Source: Candidatus Aceula meridiana
GTDB lineage: Bacteria > Omnitrophota > Gorgyraeia > Zapsychrales > Aceulaceae
Direction of reading: 5' to 3'
Assembly (NCBI GenBank): GCA_030765185.1
Contig: JAVCDE010000024.1
Span: forward strand, 379,538 to 443,537
DNA length: 64,000 nucleotides
In this document: one piece after another, positions 30,401 to 36,400 of the stretch
How the letters are laid out: every line of letters begins with the position of its first letter
Position numbering within the stretch: position 1 is the stretch's first letter
Notes under the pieces: generated by a model
What the model was told of the DNA's origin: nothing
The model's input: the letters and a program-made list of their open reading frames with translations, nothing else
Databases searched by the model: none
Position numbers and translations under genes: made by a program

Positions 30401-33400
30401 CTTCATCCTCTAACTCTAACGCGTTCATCGCATTCTGAAAAATCTTAACCCTTGTCTTTTTCAAAATAGACGGATCTGATAAAATAGACATCATCACTAG
30501 CACCTGGGCAGGTTTTTTTATTATTTCAGCCTGATCAAAACTTGCTTTCCCATCAGGCACAACAGTCAAGTTATTGTTTTTTACCTTATTAGCCCATTCC
30601 TGCCATAATCCATTGATCCGCTTATCTGGCTCATAAAGGGACACCTTAGCGCCTGCTTCCAAAAACATCTCTTCCCAAAATATCATATTCGCAAATTCTT
30701 CTTCAGCAATAAATCCCATATTGACATATAGTTTGTTATGTAAGTAATCCTCTCCCGGCCCAACTACAATAACTTCTTGATCTTTAAGATCGGGCAAAGA
30801 CTCTACAAAAGAATGGGCCTGGGCAATGCTCTTGGGTTCTATAGGAGTAGCACTTGACTGTTTTTCATTTCTGCCTATTGCCGCAAGATCTTCTTTCTTT
30901 TTCGGTATTTCCATATTATTAACAACAGCGCTAAAAGAACCGGGCTTCTGCGCGAGATCGGGGGCAAAAGAAGATATTTTATCGCCGGAGGTCAAAGTCG
31001 AGGAACTGCTCACCGTCAATCCTTCTTCAAAACCTCGGGCCAGGTCTTCAGGATTCTCCGAATAACTATTAACAATGGTAATAATATTCTTAATATTGGA
31101 AGGAACGCGGTCAAGGTCACTGTAGCGACTGGAAGAGATGTCCGAAAGTCTTTCCACCTCGACTAAGCTTAATTCTCGTTCTTTTATTTTTCGCTTTCTT
31201 TTTTCTTCATTAACAGGAACGACTCTCACCAGCAAAAGGCGGTCAGGATCCTTCCAGTCATAGGAAACTGGTTGGCGTACTGTCTCTAAAATGACGACAT
31301 CGATCCTATTAATGAGGTTCTCCAAGGCTTCGAAATATTCTACGCCATCCCGCTCATCAAATTCATCATAATATTTTATTCCATAATTCACCAACTCTTT
31401 TCTGGCCGCTTGTTTCTCGGAATCACCTTCGCCATCCTTCCAGTCAAAATCAGTAATCCCTTCTTCCTTCAGCAATGTTTCAATAATGGCCCTTATGGCT
31501 ATGGTCTTTCCTGCGCCTGGCGGACCGTTGACGCAAATGACAGGATACTTCTTCCCTTTTTCGCTTCGTTTGAGGCCAAGCCATCGGCCGATTTCCTTCA
31601 TCTTATCCGCTGTCGTGACTAAAGCGCTATCCGCCCCCTGCGCAGGGTCGGCAAACTGTCCCTCTTCTTTTTTCTTTTGCTTAATAAGCTTTAACTGTTC
31701 AAGAGTAGGAATCGTCCCTTCTAAAGCTTCAATATTAACATGAGAAGGATTAAAATATTCAATAAACCGATCTTCTGCCCAAGAATCAACAACATAAGAT
31801 CTAATTTTAAGACCAGGATATTTTAAGCTTAAAGACTCAACTGTTTTTTCATATATTTCAGAGCCAAAACCCTTTCGTTGAATGTTGCTTTCTGAAAACC
31901 TTGAATTATCACCACGACCTACAGAAATCTCGTCCCTCATAAATTCTTTCCTTTTCCTGTCATAATCAATTCTTAAATATAATATATTATCATTTAAACT
32001 CTTGCTGGATGAAGAATCTACAATAAAATGAGATAGTCCTTCTTCAAGATTTTCAATTTCATCAAGAATCACAATATGGCTTGTCTTGTGATCTCTAATG
32101 ATTTCCGCAAACAAAAAGGTCAAATTATTATTTTTCTTAGCTTCTTCTAATTTCTGTCTCACCTTTTTAAAAACATCCTCTAAGCTACCTACGGCATTAA
32201 TGACAGCCGGCTCTTTATTATTATTTAACCGAGTGATTTCTTTTAAAAAATCTGTTTTCTGCACTAAGCTCTCATAAGTAAACAATTCTGGGTTATCTGT
32301 CCTCTGCTCTGGGGCGGAGGCGACAGAACTTGCAACGCTCCATACTGCCTCACGATCTTCTTCAACAACCATGACCTTTAAATTAACAGCTTTTCCTCCT
32401 TCAGGGTAATTTACGCGCTGATCAACAATCATAGCGCGAGGATTTTCTATCTTAATTTTTGCTGCTCTGTTCCTTGCCTTTTGCATTATTTCTTCCTTGT
32501 TAGAATCATAAACAGAAGCGCTTTTCTCAAATAAAACTTTCCCAGGAAATTGCGACTCAACCCTTACTAATTCTTTCGAACCTTCCTCCAAGATGGCAAC
32601 TTTCGTTCCAGGATAATCCTGAGCTATCTTTTGAGCTTCTCGAATTATTTTGGCTCTATTTCTCCTTTTTGAAATAATACCCTCATATAAAATAGCGTTT
32701 TTCAGATATCGATATGATTTCTTTTCAACAATCTGGATTAAAGGAATTTCACTTGTTTTTAGATTAAAATAAAGATGTTTATTAATATTAGAAATTCGAC
32801 CCTCAAAACCCATTTCATAAAAGAATGAAAAATCCAAAACATTGTTGGCCTCCAAGAAATCCCTCGAATTTCTTTTGCAGAGGGCGAGGGCAAAAGAAAC
32901 CAAAGCCCTTCCTAATCCTCGATAGTTCTTCTCTTCAACCCTAATTGCAACACGAACCTCTTTACGATTTAATCCTACTTGATCAGCGCGCAAATAATAA
33001 TGCCCTACTTCTTTATCCTCTCGAATCACTGCGAAACGATAACTGCCAGGGGTAGTGTCCTCCTTTAGCTGAAATTTAAATTCTTCCCCATCATTCGATT
33101 GAAGAACAATCTCTCCTTTTTCGACAAGCTTATCAATCAAACTTTCTGGATTATAAACCTTTATTGAACTTGCCTGAATGCTGCTATCGGAAGGGCTCTT
33201 CCTAGGATTATCTCTTTCGTCAAACCTCCTAAGTCCAATCTTGGTAAAAATATTGTTATACCCCTCTACAATTTTCTTCCGTAATGACGAAGACGCCTCC
33301 TGCGCGGGGTCAGAAATAGCAGACGAAACAACCAAATCGCCTAAGTCATCTACGATGCCGTCTGCATGAGGGTCCATCTTTTCTGCCTTGCCTTCGTTGC

Positions 33401-36400
33401 CTTCGATTAATCCAACAACATAAATCTTTTCTTTTTGCTCCTCTCTTTGCGTAAGAATGTTTCTAAATTCTTTAACATTCTTAGCTGAATCGTCAACGAT
33501 AATAACATTTTCATTAGGATCAATTTCATCAATCAACTTCTTAAAGACTTCGACTTTATTCTTGCTCGTTCTTGCAAAATGGATATCTTTAAAACTTTCC
33601 ATTAATCCAAGCTTCTCTAGAATAGGTTGCTTATCTTCCTTCTTAGCTCCTGAAAGAACCACAAGGGTTGCCCCTTGCGCTATCTTATCTTTTAAGAATT
33701 CAGCAACGCCCGGCTTAAACAGTATTCTCTCAACTTGATCCTTAGGGCGGGTCAAAACCTTATTAACTGCATCGTTTCTTGACTGCTGATAAAACTTATA
33801 AAGTTTGTCCACGAAGACATCTATATCAGTATCTGACGCAAACGAAAACTTATCCGCAAATTTAGATGTAATCAGTTGTTTAAAAATTGGCCCTGTAGAT
33901 TGGCCTGGGGGTTTTTGGAACTGATGACCCTCTTGCAGATCTGCTTCTTTGGGGGTAAACCCTTCAGGGTCTTTAACACCATTTTTTATCATGGCGTACA
34001 CGAAGGCAAAGGGAGCTTGGTCAAACTTTTCAACATCTATGATGACTCCGGCCAAATCGAGAATATAATAATTAACATCTTTTAAATCTAGCTGTCTAAA
34101 GGCTTCCTTTTTCTTTCTGCTCTCAAAAATACTTGTGCCAGGTTTGACTGTTGTTTCCACAGCAATATCCGGAGACCCTGGTAAAAAGAAATAGCCATCA
34201 ACGATTGGCTTTTCCAAATCTTTTTTTGCTTCTTTCTTTTTAGAAGAACTCGACGCCTTTTGTGCAACGATAACTTTTTCTAAGGATATGCTAAAATTCT
34301 CAAACCCTAAGCCTTTTAGGATGACGAAACTTTTTTCAGCATAAGATAAGGCATCTCCTGCAAGATACCCATTCGGTTTTAAAACACGGCCCATCTCTTT
34401 AAAAATTGCTTTAGGATTTTGTTCAGCTAAAAAATACGCATCAATTTCTGAGCCAAACATGACCGTTGAAACAGACGCATCTTTAAAAATACTTTTTAAA
34501 TTATGCGGCTTGTTTCCAATAAGATGAAATCGTCTTTTGATGTCTTCGCTCATCGCGCCAAAGCTTGTCTTAAGGCTTTCGAAGTAGCTCGGATTCCACT
34601 CTAAAACATAAATCTCTGCGCTCGGGAATTCCCTGGCAAGTCTAAAAAATTGATTTGCCCCTCTTTTAGCCCCAACAAAAAGAACTTTTCCTTTTTCTTG
34701 ACGAGTTTTATATCCTTTTTGCCCTAAAGCCTTTACCATGTCTCCAATCACGCGAACATTTTCATTATCATCAAGGATGTCGTCATATTCAAAAAGACGA
34801 AATTCTGGCATAGGTGCCGGTCCGTTCATAGCAACATTGCTAGCACGATTCAAATATGGGCGCACATATCCAAGTTCTTCGACCTTAGCTTTAAGTTCTT
34901 TTTCAGTCTGCCGGTCATTTAAGTCTACTAATCGATAATTGAGGACACCGCTCAAATTATTTTTTAAGATTGAAAATTGATCAACAAGGCCTGGCAAAAA
35001 TTTTAAAAGTTCTTTTCGGCTAATACCGGCATTGAGCAAAACAGTCTCAGAAAAAAATTTAGGAAAAGCAAAGCCCGAATCAATAATAGGAGTTGGTGAC
35101 TGCGTAGAAAAATGCTGACGGGATTTTCGCTCACCCTCATTAAGCTGTTGCTCACTGTGGACCACGCTAAAAACGTCGGGGCTATCAATTCTTGTTCTGT
35201 CCCAAACTCCGGCATAAGTCATATATTTTAATTTTTTCGGATTAAACACGCCCTCGTCAATCAAATCATAAGTCGCAGAAATTACGATGGCTTCGGTATT
35301 TGAATGGGCACGGTAATCGGCAAAGCCTTCACCATTAGAAATAATAAGATCTGGTTTTCGTTTGCGTAAAATATTTTTAACTCTTTCGATGTCTTCTTCT
35401 CCTGCGGCTCCACCCCATCCTTCTTCTGAATAAAAAGTCGAATCCATAGGGTCATGAATTTTTTCGTAAGGAATTCCCAAGCTCATCATGGCAGTTTTGT
35501 TTTCAAAAATTCTAATAGCTGCTTTAATATGCCCTATCGACTCAACATCCCGTGCACCCCAGCGAGCTTTTTCGTTAAAAGATTCTAAAAGAGCATCTAT
35601 AAGATGCAGTAAATGTTGTCGGTTCTCTTGAATAGAATGCGGATGAAAAATCTCTAAAAAGAGCGCCTGAGCGCGCAGGTCTTTTTCTTTTTCCGTCATG
35701 TGTGTCCAAGGGTCAAAATCTGACGGGCTTGTATGAAGATTTTGACTTTCTAAGGTCGGGATAAGCTCTTGCGCCACTTGACTTGTAGTTCTTTTGCTCA
35801 CAGCATCGAGCTTTGCCTTATCCCATCTCTTAATACGCCTCAAAACTTGAGCAACATAAAGATCATCAACAGCCGTAGTACCTTTGGCCGTATAATGAAT
35901 CTCAATGTCGTATCCTTGCTTTGCCAAAACGCGAATATTCTCCCTTTTTGCAAAATAATCATCATCGAGATGCGGGTTAATAATATCTACTTTTTTATCT
36001 CTGTCGCCGGGCTCCCAGCCAAGTTTCTCAATAATGCCATTAGGGGTAATCGTATTGTCTCGGATAGCTTGAGCAATTTCTTTCTTTAGCTCTTCCCAAG
36101 CACCATACTTTTTAAGAGATTTTAAATTGTACTCGACAATCTTGCGGACAATCGGTGGCGCACCAAAAAGTTTGGCAGCATCACTTTCTAGAAATTCAAA
36201 CACATCTTTCTGTTTAAAATTAAGGAGAGTTTTTTCCGGGTTATTCTTTTTTACATCATCGACAAGATATACAAAAAATTTCCTAATCATTTTAGGTGTC
36301 CACTCGTCAATCAAATCAAAATGCCAAAAATGACGCCTGAGCCGCAAGTTTTCTTCAGATCCACCTGCGACTAAATAACTGCCGCGTTGATCGCGCACCG